A stretch of 63,613 nucleotides of DNA, filler included, from Octopus bimaculoides (Eukaryota), in NCBI RefSeq assembly GCF_001194135.2. It is 8 parts of 8 records of this genome, joined end to end, with 100 filler letters (N's around TTAATTAATTAA, not from the genome) between each part and the next. Parts side by side here need not be neighbours in the genome. Positions count along the whole stretch, not along the records: positions 1 to 4,912 come from NC_068996.1; positions 5,013 to 18,889 come from NC_068998.1; 6 more parts are not named here. One strand, written 5' to 3'. Shown here one piece after another: positions 1 through 11,352 of this stretch. Within the stretch, counting starts at the first letter, position 1. Each line of letters starts with the position of its first letter. The notes below the pieces were generated by a model. It made no database searches and was not told the origin of the DNA. It was given only the letters and a program-made list of their open reading frames with translations. The translations under genes and the position numbers were made by a program.

Positions 1-334
1 TGCACCCTTTTGAGCGTGGCCGTTGCCAGTACCGCCTGACTGGTTCCCGTAGGATTTTCGAGTGAGATCGTTGCCAGTGCCCCTGGACTGGCTTGTGCAG
101 GTAGCACATAAAAGACACAATTTCGAGCATGGCCGTTTTCGTGCGGGTGACACGTAAAAGCACCCACTACACTCTCTGAGTGGTTGGTGTTAGGAAGGGC
201 ATCCAGCTGTAGAAACTTTGCCAAATTAGATTGGAGCCTGGTGTTGCCATCCGGTTTCACTAGTCCTCAGTCAAATCGGCCAACCCATGCTAGCATGGAA
301 AGCGGACGTTAAACGATGATGATAATGATGATGA
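1..334 (+). mobile_element. SINE/non-autonomous retroposon family B, 3' part with RTE-type tail ending in (GAT)n
   Basis: Contains GTAAAAGCACCCACTACACTCTCTGAGTGGTTGG...GGAAGGGCATCCAGCTGTAGAAAC...CCCATGCTAGCATGGAAAGCGGACGTTAAACGATGATGA. Near-identical copies at 2896-3178, 4681-4912 (-) and 6552-6956. Confidence 0.75.
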
Positions 335-828
335 TATATATATATATTTGTAGATGTATGTACGTATGTATGTATGTATGTATGTATGTATGGAAAAAAG
401 TTAAGGTAGAAAGAAAATGCTAAAATAATTTTATAAGAAGCTTTTCAGTACCAGTTTCAGTCATTGAGACATTTTTAACTGTAAGTATAGAAAACATTTT
501 TTTAAAAATAATATTTGTATAGTATCCAAATACGAGGGGCATTTTCCTTGTTTCTTCCTGTCTCTGTCTCTCTTGTTTACTCTTGTGAAGCAGAAACAAA
601 GAAAATGCCCCTTGTATTTGAATACTATGCAAATATTCTTTGAAAAAGCTTTTCATTTAATTTTTCCCAAATTTAATTGTTTTCTATTTTTACAGTTGAA
701 AAAGTCTCACTGACTGAAATTAGTACTGAAATGTTTTTCTATAAAATTATTTTAGCATTTTCTACCTTGACTTTTTTTCCATATATATATATGAACGCAT
801 GCATTCCTTTTCAACCTTCTACACACAC

Positions 829-867
<39 letters not shown>

Positions 868-2731
868 GTTTATGTAGATATGCGTATGCAAAGGCACACA
901 CACAAACACACATTGATATACATAAGTATATATGTTTGTAAAGATGTGTATACACACACACACACACACACACATACGTGCATATATATCACGCGTGTTT
1001 CTATATACGTTTACATATATGTATAATTTGAGTTGTGAGATAACTTTTTATGAAATTTACAGTTTTTAATGTGTATTTATATTTTTGTATTTGTTGTGTA
1101 ATTTTGGCAAATGTGTTAATGGTGGTGGTGGTGGTGATGATGATGATATTTTAATCAGGAATCACGTTGAGATAAATATTGTGATTTGGCAGTCCATTTT
1201 GTTGATATGTGTTGCATTTGAAAACTGAACAGCTGTAGTGGAGATCAGTGAATGGATTGGTGAATGAGTAAATTATAATAATAACAATCAGTACATCTGT
1301 TTAATTATTTGCAAATATAATGTTTTGTAAATGTATAAAGTTTTCTCTTGTGCTGTGCTTAAATTTTGAAGGGAAGTTCTAACCTGAAAATCTTGAAATC
1401 TTCATTGTATCATGAAGGCATTTCCTTGCAGGGAGTACTAGTTAGTTTGGCAGAATCATTAGAGCATTGGACAAAGCACCTTATTATATTTTATTTTGTG
1501 TTCAGCTCCTGCTGAGCTCAACTCTGCATTTCTTTTTTTACAGGGATGATATTGTAAAGTAGTCATCAAATAAATGGGTTGACAGCATCAGCTCACTCAA
1601 TGATCCTCAACTATTTTTTATTTATGGACCTCTTCTGGACAAGCTTCTTTCAAAATTCCTATTTTGTTTATCACACTTTAACTTGTGTAGGTTGAACTAC
1701 ACAAGAAAAAGAAACCTTGCTGTTTCTTGCAATACAGATATCTAAAGCAAAATTTTTTCATGGACCTGAAAAAATACTACTGTGGACTCAATTTACTATT
1801 TGGTTTGTGTGGATCCCAAAAATCTTATATGGACCCCCGAGGTGTCATATGGATCCCAGCTGAGCATTGCTGTTTTAGCTAAATCCCTTCTTCAGATTTC
1901 AGTCCTTGAAACAATTAAGGACAATGTATTAACAGAATCAATAGTGTTAGTATTTCATTCAATTCCTTATGTTCTGGTTTCAGATCATGCTGTGATCGCT
2001 TTCACTATTTGTCCCTCTAGGGACCGGACCAAATGTCATGCTTTATGCTTATGTACGAAACAGCTGTTAAGAGTTGTGAATCATTAGAGCACCAAAACAA
2101 TGTCTTGTGTTTGTTCTAACTATTCATGTTTTGAAATTAAATCCCATCAAGAAATTTGCCTTTCATCTTTTACAGTTTATAAAATGAAGTGCCTAAATTA
2201 GAAACAGAGGTGGCATGTTGGCAGAATTATTAGAGCAATGGAAAGCATGCCTTGTGATAATTCTCCCAATTTTATACGTGCTAGGTTCAAACCCCACATT
2301 GGTTAGCTTTGCCTTTGTTCCTTTGACGATTAATAAAGCCAAGTATCAATCAAATTCTGGGGTCAGTAGTATGAAGAAACCCCATTGTTTTAAAACTACT
2401 GACATTCAATGGTATCTCTCTCCTCAGAATTGCAGGCCTGGAATTTCTTCCCTAATTTTTCAGCAGATTTAGTTATGGGAACTAAGTTATCACTATACAA
2501 AAGTTCCTTCAAACAACCCATATTATAAGGATTTTCAAAGAAACTAGCGATTTGTGTATACAAAAGCAGTGAAATTTTCTGTAAGACACTTGAAATTTAT
2601 TCTAGAATTAGAAGAACTGGTTACTAACAGAACCACTATTTAGTAATAACTTTTAAGTTGTAAGTTCAAATCCCACTGTAGTTTATGTTGAGTTCTGTTT
2701 CTGGGTAGTTACTAAAATAAATACAACTAAT

Positions 2732-3390
2732 ATAGGTGCAGGAGTGGCTGTGTGGTCAGTAGCTTGATTACCAACCACATAGTTCGGGGTTCAGTCCCAC
2801 TATGTGGCACCTTGGGCAAGTGTCTTCTACCATAGCCTTGGGCTGACCAAAGCCTTGTGAGTGGATTTGGTAGATAGAAACTGAAAGAAGCCCGTCTTTC
2901 GAGCGAGATCGTTGTCAGTGCCCCTGGACTGGCTCTTGTGCGGGTGGCACATAAAATACACCATTTTGAGCGTGGCCGTTGCTAGTACTGCCTGACTGGC
3001 CTTCGTGCCGGTGGCACGTAAAAGCACCAACTACACTCTCTGAGTGGTTGGCGTTAGGAAGGGCATCCAGCTGTAGAAACTCTGCCAAATCAGATTGGAG
3101 CCATCTGGTTTCACCAGTCCTCAGTCAAATCGTCCAACCCATGCTAGCATGGAAAGCGGACGTTAAACGATGATGATATATGTTTGTGTGTCTGTGTTTG
3201 TCCTACTTCCATTGCTTGACAACCAATGTTTATACATTTACATCCCTGTAACTTAGTGGCTCGGCAAAAGAGACCGATAGAATAAGTACTAGGCTTACAA
3301 AGGAATAAGTCCTAGGGTCGATTTGTTTGACTAGAGGCAGTGCTCCAGCATGGCTGCAGTCAAATGACTGAAACAAATAAAAGAATAATA
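2732..3390 (+). mobile_element. tRNA-derived SINE family A, interrupted by a family B insertion
   Basis: Head with A-box-like GTGGCTGTGTGG and B-box-like GGGTTCAGTCCC, then GGCACCTTGGGCAAGTGTCTT. The 3' half (..GTGCTCCAGCATGGCTGCAGTCAAATGACTGAAAC) resumes at ~3181. Many copies in the window. Confidence 0.8.
2896..3178 (+). mobile_element. Family B retroposon nested in SINE A
   Basis: Same sequence as 1-334, ends in GATGATGAT. Confidence 0.75.
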
Positions 3391-4680
3391 TACAGATAAA
3401 ATATTGCTTCCAAGTACACCAAGAAATTACTTGATTTCTTTGTCCTTGCCCTGCTCCCACTAATCTTGGTGGCCCTTATTGAGTGCATGCAATTCCATAT
3501 GTAGATAATTTCTCTTTGTCTATGGATTTTCCAGAATGTGACAAGGGATAAAATGAAATAGAATTATATTGTTAAAAGTTTGAATGAATAATTGTTGAAG
3601 TTTATCGAAAAATATGTCTGATAAGGGATCTCTTCCAGTTGATGATGAATTGTTGTTCAATTCTTATCTCCATCAGACATCCAATGCTGGCAAATCATTC
3701 ACCAGAAAGGTATTTATTCTGTGAGATCTAGATAAGCGTTATATCACACATCAGTGTGCATACACACACACAGCACTCACTTTCTTTCTCTGTCTCATAT
3801 ATATGTGTGTGTGTGTGTGTATTATGTAATTGCATATACCCATACACACATGAACATTCACAAATATATGCATATGCTTGAAAAGTACTCATAGAGGCTG
3901 TATAGTTCTACTTGTTGATGATCTGATTTTGTCAACAGCTGTTCATTTCTCTCTCTCTCTTATTTGGCAGCTGTCTTTGCCTACAAATAGGCTGTCAGAG
4001 TGTATGTGCTTTAGTTTTTAAAGACAAACAAACTAGTTTCTCTCCATCCCCCCACCCCCCAACCTCTGCTACTACTTCAACAGTATCAACAGACTGCATT
4101 CAGTGAGCTGAAAAATTTGCCAAAACTTTCTAAAATACTGCTATCATCCATCATTTGTTTTTTATCTTGGCTAACCCCCACTCCTTGTATGATAGATAAT
4201 ATTTTATTTACCTGTCCTTTGTATGAATCCTACCTTTACCATCAGTTTGACACGTCTAGCAGCAAGCAGCATACTGGATATAATGAAAGCCATTTTTACA
4301 ATGCTTGAAATGTAAAATTCGTTTTGTGTACACACCTTATAAACTTTATTATTTTTATTGTTGAAAATAAGTTATTTTCATTTTTTACTTGACTGTCCTA
4401 TAGCTTTAGTTCTCTCACTTGAAGCTTTTGTGAGTTAGCATTTATTTTTGTGGTAAATAATTGGTTTGAAATTAACAAATTGTCTAAATGTGAAATGTCA
4501 TATGCTGCCTGTTATGAAAGGTCAAATCTATTCTTAAGTGATAACCTTATAATAGTGTAGGTCTGCAACATAAGAAAAGCATTCCTTGGTTAATTCATTC
4601 TCCAGTTTGCTTTCTTTAGGTGATTGAGAATGGTAAATGAAAAAGAAAAAAAATCATGCTATGTATTAATAATAATAATA

Positions 4681-4912
4681 ATCATCATCATCATCGTTTA
4701 ACGTCCGCTTTCCATGCTAGCATGGGTTGGACGATTTGACTGAGGACTGGTGAAACCGGATGGCAACACCAGGATCCAATCTAATTTGGCAGAGTTTCTA
4801 CAGCTGGATGCCCTTCCTAACGCCAACCACTCAGACAGTGTAGTGGGTGCTTTTACGTGTCACCCGCACGAAAACGGCGACGCTCGAAATGGTGTCTTTT
4901 ATGTGCCACCCA
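4681..4912 (-). mobile_element. Family B retroposon 3' end (truncated by gap)
   Basis: Reverse complement of the family B tail, starting with (ATC)n. Confidence 0.75.
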
Positions 4913-5145
4913 NNNNNNNNNNNNNNNNNNNNNNNNNNNNNNNNNNNNNNNNNNNNTTAATTAATTAANNNNNNNNNNNNNNNNNNNNNNNNNNNNNNNN
5001 NNNNNNNNNNNNTATATATTTACCAAAATGTATAGTATTAAATATCCATCATGGCTAATCTTACTAATCAGTTTCGTGTAAAGAATACAATAGAGTGTTA
5101 AGTAACAAACAATTTGATTATATAACTTTACACTCATCAGAGTTA

Positions 5146-5424
5146 GCCATGCATGAACCACAGTACTTTCTGGTGGTACTTTTTCTTGCTGAGGCTAGAG
5201 TCTGGCATGTAACTAATATTATCCTTGAAGCCGCTGGCAGCCAGAGCCTGGTTGTAGTACAGGGCAGCAGCATCAAAGATCTTTTTGCTTGAAGACAAGC
5301 TGGAGATTCTCCTACTGATGCCCTTAACCAGGTTCCTGAACACTATGGCTGGATGGCAGGAACCTGTGTTAATGTAAGACAACTTCTCATTTGGTTTTCT
5401 ATATATACCAACACCCTTGGGAAA
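5146..5424 (-). mobile_element. Penelope-like element fragment (RT thumb region)
   Basis: Translation IYRKPNEKLSYINTGSCHPAIVFRNLVKGISRRISSLSSSKKIFDAAALYYNQALAASGF...KVLWF matches the PLE pattern YRKPN-x-YIN-x-S-x-HP...RLS...F...A.YY..AL..SG(F/Y)...ILWF. Confidence 0.85.
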
Positions 5425-5512
5425 AATTATGCACATGACACCTCTGCACATATCACATACCCAACCTCCACAGGGGCACCACATTAATAATACATATGTA
5501 TGTATGTATGTA

Positions 5513-5567
<55 letters not shown>

Positions 5568-5685
5568 ATGTATGTATGTATACCTATTATATGAAAAAGC
5601 AAATCTACTTGAGAATCACCATTAGAAACCTGTTAGATGTGTGTGTGTCTGTAAGTGTATAAATAGATATGTATACATACATATA

Positions 5686-5737
<52 letters not shown>

Positions 5738-5834
5738 TATATGTGGGAGAATTTACGAAAAAAACAACAGACGAAGACAGGTGGTGTAAACAACAAATAG
5801 ATGTATTAGTTTAACACTCGGGAATAGAGAAAGT

Positions 5835-5869
5835 CTTTGACGTTTCGAGCTACGCTCTTCAACTGAAAG
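5835..5869 (-). ncRNA. Degenerate minimal type I hammerhead ribozyme-like motif within a dispersed repeat (~5745-5960)
   Basis: Minus strand reads CTTT-CAGTTGA-A-GAGC-GTA-GCTC-GAAAC-GTC-AAAG. Stem I is CTTT/AAAG, stem II is GAGC/GCTC, GAAAC and GUC are present. The core deviates from CUGANGA at two positions. Confidence 0.5.
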
Positions 5870-6344
5870 GAATACAGAAAGAAATAAGGAGAAAAACAAG
5901 GAGAAAAAAACAAGGAGAAAAAAAATGGAGAAAAAAATGGAGAAAAAAGATATATATATATATGTGTGTGTTTTACTTTTATTATTCTTATACAAAAATG
6001 TTGTTGGCAGTTAAAATCACTTTTGGGTGTGTTGGTTTGAGTTGGGTGATAATTAGGTTTTTAATATTTGGTCGTTATAGAAAGGGGTCTTGGAAAAATT
6101 CTCATTAATTTGGGGTTTTTACTCAACAGAGACTATATAAATACTATAAATACTAACCCTAATACATCACTGTCCAACGATGGCTTAACAGGCTGAAACT
6201 TCGAAGTCACTGTCAACAACATTCTTGTACAAGAATAATACATTCGTGCACCATAAAAGTATAGAGTAATCCATCAGATTAATGTAAAATTGTTTTTAGT
6301 GTTACTGAACATAAAAATAAACATTAATATATACATACAAACAT

Positions 6345-6376
<32 letters not shown>

Positions 6377-7115
6377 TCTTTTATTCTTTTATTTGTTTCA
6401 GTCATTTGACTGTGGCCATGCTGGAGCACTGCCTTTAGTCGAACACATCGACCCCCAGGACTTATTTTTTGTAAGCTTAGTTCTTATTCTATTGGCCTCT
6501 TTTGCCAAACCACTAAGTTGCAAGGATGTAGACATGCCACCAACAGTTGTCGAAACTCAGCTTGCGAAGACTTATTGGGGCAAGCGAAAGCGAAATCGGG
6601 ATAGCACCTGTGCCTAGCGTCGCCTTTCTGGCACTTGTGCTCATGACATGTGTAAGGATTTTCGAATGAGATCGTTGCCAGTGCCCCTGGACTGGCTCTT
6701 GTGCGGGTGGCACATAAAATACACCATTTTGAGTGTGGCCGTTATCAGTACCGCCTGACTGGCCTTCGTGTGGGTGACACGTAAAAGCACCCACTACACT
6801 CTCTGAGTGGTTGGCGTTAGGAAGCGCATCCAGCTGTAGAAACTCTGCCAAATCAGATTGGAGCCTGGTGTTGCCATCCGGTTTCACCAGTCCTCAGTCA
6901 AATCGTCCAACCCATGCTAGCATGGAAAGCGGAGATTAAACGATGATGATGATGATACGACAGGCTTCTTTCAGTTTCCATTTATCAAATCCACTCACAA
7001 GGCTTTGGTCGGTTCAATGCTATAGTAGAAGACACTCGCTTAAGGTACCATGCAGTGGGACTGAACCCGGAACCGTGTGGTTGGTAGGCAAGCTACTTAC
7101 CACACAGCCACACCT
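6377..7115 (-). mobile_element. SINE family A (minus) with a family B copy (6552-6956, plus) inserted
   Basis: A 3' half at 6377-6551 and A head at 6957-7115 in reverse; family B lies between them. Confidence 0.8.
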
Positions 7116-7582
7116 GTAAGAAATAATTAAGACTCAGTTGAATTAAGCACTTAAGTTGAATCACCAAGTCAGTCTGGTAATATCCACACAGCTCAAAGTA
7201 ACGTGATTAAAATCAAAATAAGCAACAGGATATCAAGTAGTAATGCAGCACGACCATTTCAAGCAGCTCCATTTAATTGAACAATGCAATCATTATATCA
7301 ATTTAAACGCAACGTCATCTTCAGTTGCACAAATAAATAAATGGAATTTTAACAAGTAGAACACATTAATATAATTTTTCTTAAATATTTCAACAGAGTA
7401 AGAAGATGGAAGAAATTCATGTTGTCGCTATTGTAACTAAGAATAGATTTATTTGTGCAGCTGAAGACAGCACTGCATTTAAGTTGATGTAATGATTGCA
7501 TTGTTCTATTAAATGGAGCCACTTGAAATGGTCGTACAGCATTACTACTTGATATCCTGTTGCTTATTTTGATATATATATA

Positions 7583-7616
<34 letters not shown>

Positions 7617-7621
7617 TGATG

Positions 7622-7668
<47 letters not shown>

Positions 7669-7791
7669 NNNNNNNNNNNNNNNNNNNNNNNNNNNNNNNN
7701 NNNNNNNNNNNNNNNNNNNNNNNNNNNNNNNNNNNNNNNNNNNNNNNNNNNNNNNNNNNNNNNNNNNNNNNNNNNNNNNNNNNNNNNNNNN

Positions 7792-8142
7792 TACCAGCAG
7801 ATGACAACGTTTCTCTAAAAGAAATGGAAAAACTTTCAAAATACAAAGACCTGGAAATAGAGGTAACTCGAATGTGGAATCTAAAAACAGAAACAATTCC
7901 TATCATAGTAGGTGCCTTAGGTATAATAAAAAAATATTCAGACAAATACATAACAAAAACACCAGGACTTACAAATATATATAACATACAGAAAATTGAA
8001 CTACTGGGTGCTGCACACATTCTACGCAAAACACTTTCAATACAGTAAACATAAGAGCACCACAGCAAACCACAGCACATACCCAAGGCGCACAGAGCTG
8101 CGCTCGGTAGTGAAGTGAAAGCACGCTATAAAAATAAAACTA

Positions 8143-8176
<34 letters not shown>
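7792..8176 (+). mobile_element. R4/Dong-clade non-LTR retrotransposon 3' end (restriction-like endonuclease C-terminus, 3' UTR, (AAT)n)
   Basis: PADDNVSLKEMEKLSKYKDLEIEVTRMWNLKTETIPIIVGALGII fits the REL pattern D.N...KE.EK..KY..L..E..R.W......P...GALG. (AAT)n lies on both sides. A second copy of the 3' end is at 23412. Confidence 0.8.
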
Positions 8177-8178
<2 letters not shown>

Positions 8179-8419
8179 GAGTATGGAGAGTTGTGCATCC
8201 ACAAAGTCTTCATACTCTTCATTATTATTAATACTAATACTTAATCCAGGCAATTTTTACCATCCAGCAAAGGGAACATGGAATTACCCATTAGAAGAAT
8301 ACACAGAGTGACTAACAACTAAATGTAGTCACAGACGTTAGATACTGATTGTTGTGGTCAGCTGCTAACTAGAAGTTAACAGAGAACTAATACAATATCA
8401 GCCCTCCAAACTCACTTTT

Positions 8420-8600
8420 ACTGATGAAGGGAAATATTCTTTATGCTGCATGCCTCGTTTCTCTGTTTGTTTTTTCGTTGTTCGAAAAAAAGTTCGTTTT
8501 CTATCTTCGTCTTCATGTTTTCATTTCTCATTGTGTTTAACGTTTTTTGTGATGTCCTGTACCCATATATGCATGTATGTATATATATAGATGCAGGTAT
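8420..8600 (+). repeat. Dispersed repeat (family G), second copy at ~21500-21690
   Basis: Shared CTG(A/T)TGAAGG..AAT(A/G)TTCTTTATG(C/T)TGCATG(C/T)CTCGTTTCTCTGTTTG...CCTGTACCCATATATG. Confidence 0.7.
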
Positions 8601-8646
8601 GTACATATATGTATGGATATATGCATGTATTTATATATTATTTACG

Positions 8647-8709
<63 letters not shown>

Positions 8710-8959
8710 TGGTGTATGGTAGTTATTGTATTAGGTCTGCTGCCACACCCAATACCACCAAATTTCAAGTAGGGGTATAACAAAAGTTTTCCATTAAGAT
8801 TTGTGATTAAATTAATGAGTAAGGTTAATATTTATAATGAGTTTGCCATTTTCAATGGACATGTGTCTTCTGATATAATTCCAGGCCAACCAAAGGCTTG
8901 TGGGTGGATTTGGTAGATGGAAACTGAAATAAGCCCATTGTTTGTGTGTGTATCCCTTT

Positions 8960-9350
8960 TACTCTTTTACTTGTTTCAGTCATTTGACTGCAGCCATGCT
9001 GGAGCACCGCCTTTAGTCGAACAAATCGACCCTGGGACTTATTTTTTGTAAGCCTAGTACTTATTCTATCGGTCTCTTTTGCAGAACCACTACGTGACGG
9101 GGACATAAACACACCAGCATCGGTTGTCAGACAATGCTAGTGGGGACAAACACAGACACACAAACACACACACATACATATATATGACGGGCTTCTTTCA
9201 GTTTCCATCTACCAAATTCACTCACAAGGTTTTGGTCGGCCTGAGGCTATAGTAGAAGACACTTGCCCAAGATGCCACGCAGTGGGACTGAACCCGAAAC
9301 CATGTGGTTCGTAAGCAAGCTACTTACCACACAGCCACTCCTGCGCCTAC
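8960..9350 (-). mobile_element. Full-length SINE family A
   Basis: Complete reverse copy including head, CA/TA middle and 3' half. Confidence 0.85.
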
Positions 9351-9924
9351 ATATATAAATTGTATATATATATAAGTTTTATCCCTAATAGTAGTTTGGA
9401 ACTTAGCTGTTCTTTCTAGCGTGCAAAGAATCCTATGATGGATACCTCTTATGTGTTTAAATGTACACTGTATTTATATGAATAATATATAGTCTATGGA
9501 CTAAGTTTTTACACGCTAGGCCACTGGTAGTAGAAATTTTTAAAAAATTATTTACCTTGATATTATTAATCATATATATATATGTATATATATACATGAA
9601 GTTAAATATATGTTCAGTCATAGAGTGACCAATGGTTTTGTGTTAATAAAGTGCTTAGCTTTATAGACAACAAGTCAGACTCCAATGACCATAGTCGTAT
9701 GATCTCAGCCATTGGAGTCTGACAAGTATATATCTATGTATGTGTGTCTTTGTGTATGTGTTTGTCCTCAACTATTCCTTGACAACTGGTGTTTGCTTGT
9801 TTACATCCCCATAACTTAGTGGGGTGGCAAAAGAAACCCTTTGAGACAGTGCCCCAGTATGGCTACAGTCCAGTGATGGAAACAAGTAAATGATAAAAGG
9901 CAAAATATAAAAGATAGCACAGCC

Positions 9925-10240
9925 ATGTCACAAAAAATGAAATCATGAGAAGAGCTGGTGACCAAAGTAACCTGCAAGACACCATCAGAGCTGGATGAAG
10001 GAAGCTGCTTGACCAAGTGTTGTGCTTACCATCAGAGAGACCAGCAAGGACAGCCATCAAGTGGACAGTTGAAGGAGGAAAGAGAAAGAGATGCAGGTCA
10101 GTTGAATGCATGGGAAGACTTGGCCAAGATGGGCATCACTGGGAAAGAAGGGGGCAGTTTGATTTGGAATGTTACTGTTTGGGGAACACTTATTGCCTGA
10201 TATTCTTTGGGTGAACAGAGATAACATAACGTAACACAAC
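9925..10240 (+). mobile_element. RTE-type LINE 3' fragment, degenerate
   Basis: Translation ..KNEIMRRAG..VLCLPSERPARTAIKWTVEGGKRKRCR.. resembles the RTE C-terminal HVLR...R.A..A..W...GKR.RGRP pattern. A short tandem tail follows. Confidence 0.6.
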
Positions 10241-11036
10241 AATAGATTTATTTCATTGTTTACTCATTGTATATGCCACGAGGTCTATTTCCTGTCCTCC
10301 ATGTGGTCAATTTCCTGTTCACCATGCAGTATTTTCCAACTAACTGTTACCCATATACTAACATCAAACCACAACACCGTGTGACCTTCCTTGACCAATC
10401 GCAGCCGACCTTAACGGTAATAACAATCAACTTCTGCCATTCAAATTCAAAATGCCTAACAACTAGAAACACACTTGAAGCTCAAGAGTACCAACAAATT
10501 TGACTTAAACCGTTTTAACTCATATATATATATATATATACTGTATTTTAATGTGTATAAAGAACCCTTTTTTGTTAAAAATTAGGTTAAAAAATATGGA
10601 TAATACAAGGACAGTATTATAAACCCTTACAAAACCTTTTTCCNNNNNNNNNNNNNNNNNNNNNNNNNNNNNNNNNNNNNNNNNNNNNNNNNNNNNNNNN
10701 NNNNNNNNNNNNNNNNNNNNNNNNNNNNNNNNNNNNNNNNNNNNNNNNNNNNNNNNNNNNNNNNNNNNNNNNNNNNNNNNNNNNNNNNNNNNNNNNNNNN
10801 NNNNNNNNNNNNNNNNNNNNNNNNNNNNNNNNNNNNNNNNNNNNNNNNNNNNNNNNNNNNNNNNNNNNNNNNNNNNNNNNNNNNNNNNNNNNNNNNNNNN
10901 NNNNNNNNNNNNNNNNNNNNNNNNNNNNNNNNNNNNNNNNNNNNNNNNNNNNNNNNNNNNNNNNNNNNNNNNNNNNNNNNNNNNNNNNNNNNNNNNNNNN
11001 NNNNNNNNNNNNNNNNNNNNNNNNNNNNNNNNNNNN

Positions 11037-11070
<34 letters not shown>

Positions 11071-11339
11071 ATACATGCATACTTATATCTGTGTGTGTGT
11101 GTGTCTGTGTGTGTGTATATCTGTATAAGTATATATGAATACACGTATGTATCTGCGACTTGCATATTCCTATAACTTACACATATAACATTATATATAC
11201 AGACATGTTATTAGATATATTTTGATATAATATTTCCTCTGTATTATAGACATAAAGAACCTTATCATTTATAGTCTTCTATTATATGTATCCTTCCAGC
11301 TATAAAGTTTATAGACACATGAAATTACCTGTCATTACC

Positions 11340-11352
11340 AGGTCAAAGGTCA
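11340..11352 (+). promoter_or_regulatory. Perfect DR1 nuclear-receptor response element AGGTCA-A-AGGTCA
   Basis: Exact consensus in apparently unique sequence; function is not demonstrated. Confidence 0.4.

Noticed and set aside
677-1026. ORFs made of YI/HT/CV/RE/SL repeats, here and throughout (e.g. 25015-25518, 32377-32844, 54191-54754, 59995-60721) and X-filled ORFs
   Set aside because: Translations of dinucleotide microsatellites or N gaps, which lack stop codons.
4957-4968. TTAATTAATTAA islands inside N runs (also 18934, 23356, 24876, 54751, 59995, 62306)
   Set aside because: An identical 12-mer flanked by Ns that gives stops in all six frames; this is a contig-joining linker, not biology.
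6174-6205. Third hammerhead-like string CCAACGA-T-GGC...GCT-GAAAC
   Set aside because: The core is too degenerate and stem I does not pair convincingly.
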